Of a stretch of 58,821 nucleotides of DNA, positions 58,789 to 58,821 are shown piece by piece. The first letter of the stretch is position 1, and the number at the start of each line of letters is the position of its first letter. Source of the DNA: a virus; IMG/VR virus record IMGVR_UViG_3300037875_000261. One strand, given 5' to 3'. A program made the position numbers and the translations under genes. The notes under the pieces are model-generated. The model worked only from the letters and a program-made list of their open reading frames with translations. It did not search any database and had not been told where the DNA came from.

Positions 58789-58821
58789 GTCGTTGCCTTT
58801 CGTGGTGGTGGTGGTGGACGG
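58785..58821. repeat. 37-nt terminal identity with positions 1-37
   Basis: tcatgtcgttgcctttcgtggtggtggtggtggacgg occurs at both window ends. Confidence 0.9.

Noticed and set aside
1-58821. Lysogeny module (integrase, attP, CI-type repressor pair) or evidence that the window is a prophage with host flanks
   Set aside because: No tyrosine or serine recombinase motifs were seen, and both window ends belong to the same phage gene unit. The XRE and RHH proteins alone do not establish lysogeny.
58785-58821. Interpreting the 37-nt end identity as a biological direct terminal repeat
   Set aside because: Sequence alone cannot distinguish it from an assembler overlap on a circular or permuted genome. 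It is reported as closure evidence only.

Overview
This GC-rich window looks like one complete tailed-phage genome of siphovirus type. The last 37 nt (58785-58821) are identical to the first 37 nt, which suggests a circularly closed or terminally redundant contig of about 58.78 kb. Nearly all genes are on the minus strand and are tightly coupled by ATGA, GTGA, TTGA, TGATG or TAGTG start/stop overlaps.

Reading the minus strand from high to low coordinates:
- 58788-52220: small early genes, an XRE-type HTH, a Cas4/RecB-like nuclease, a Sak4-like ATPase and an ERCC4-type nuclease.
- 52102-46277: a RecD-like helicase and a primase/P-loop protein.
- 46276-45866: a non-coding region with phased GGTGCCCC iterons, poly-C tracts and inverted repeats.
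- 45805-36214: an accessory block. It holds a ParB-nuclease-domain protein, an ABC-ATPase/GNAT fusion, a truncated formyltransferase-like protein, a roughly 810-aa protein with a perfect internal duplication, a lipoprotein with a C-terminal TM segment, and a Cys-type sulfatase.
- 35935-32651: a candidate small terminase, the large terminase and a phage sigma-70-family factor.
- 31597-32334: an HExxH protein behind an extended -10 promoter.
- 29330-31528: the only plus-strand cassette (RHH regulator, secreted protein, lipoprotein, small peptides).
- 29272-4827: a full morphogenesis block. It runs from a portal-MuF fusion, protease/scaffold and HK97-like capsid through head-tail joining, tail tube, chaperones and tape measure to L/K/I-J-like tail-tip proteins and a fibre.
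- 4826-4304: a structured non-coding hub.
- 4303-94: a run of small early genes, including an ArdA-like acidic protein and a zeta-toxin-like kinase.

The most unusual signals are:
- A near-identical CA-rich leader, CCACCACCACCACGAAAGGCAACGAyATG, in front of at least six genes, with degenerate copies before about a dozen more.
- Tandem intergenic units that carry a covarying stem-loop.
- The ParB / ABC-GNAT / formyltransferase trio.
- The sulfatase paired with the large unknown enzyme.
- The iteron and G-run region.

No tRNA, CRISPR array, integrase or DNA polymerase was recognised. All functional calls rest on by-eye motif recognition. No database search was run.
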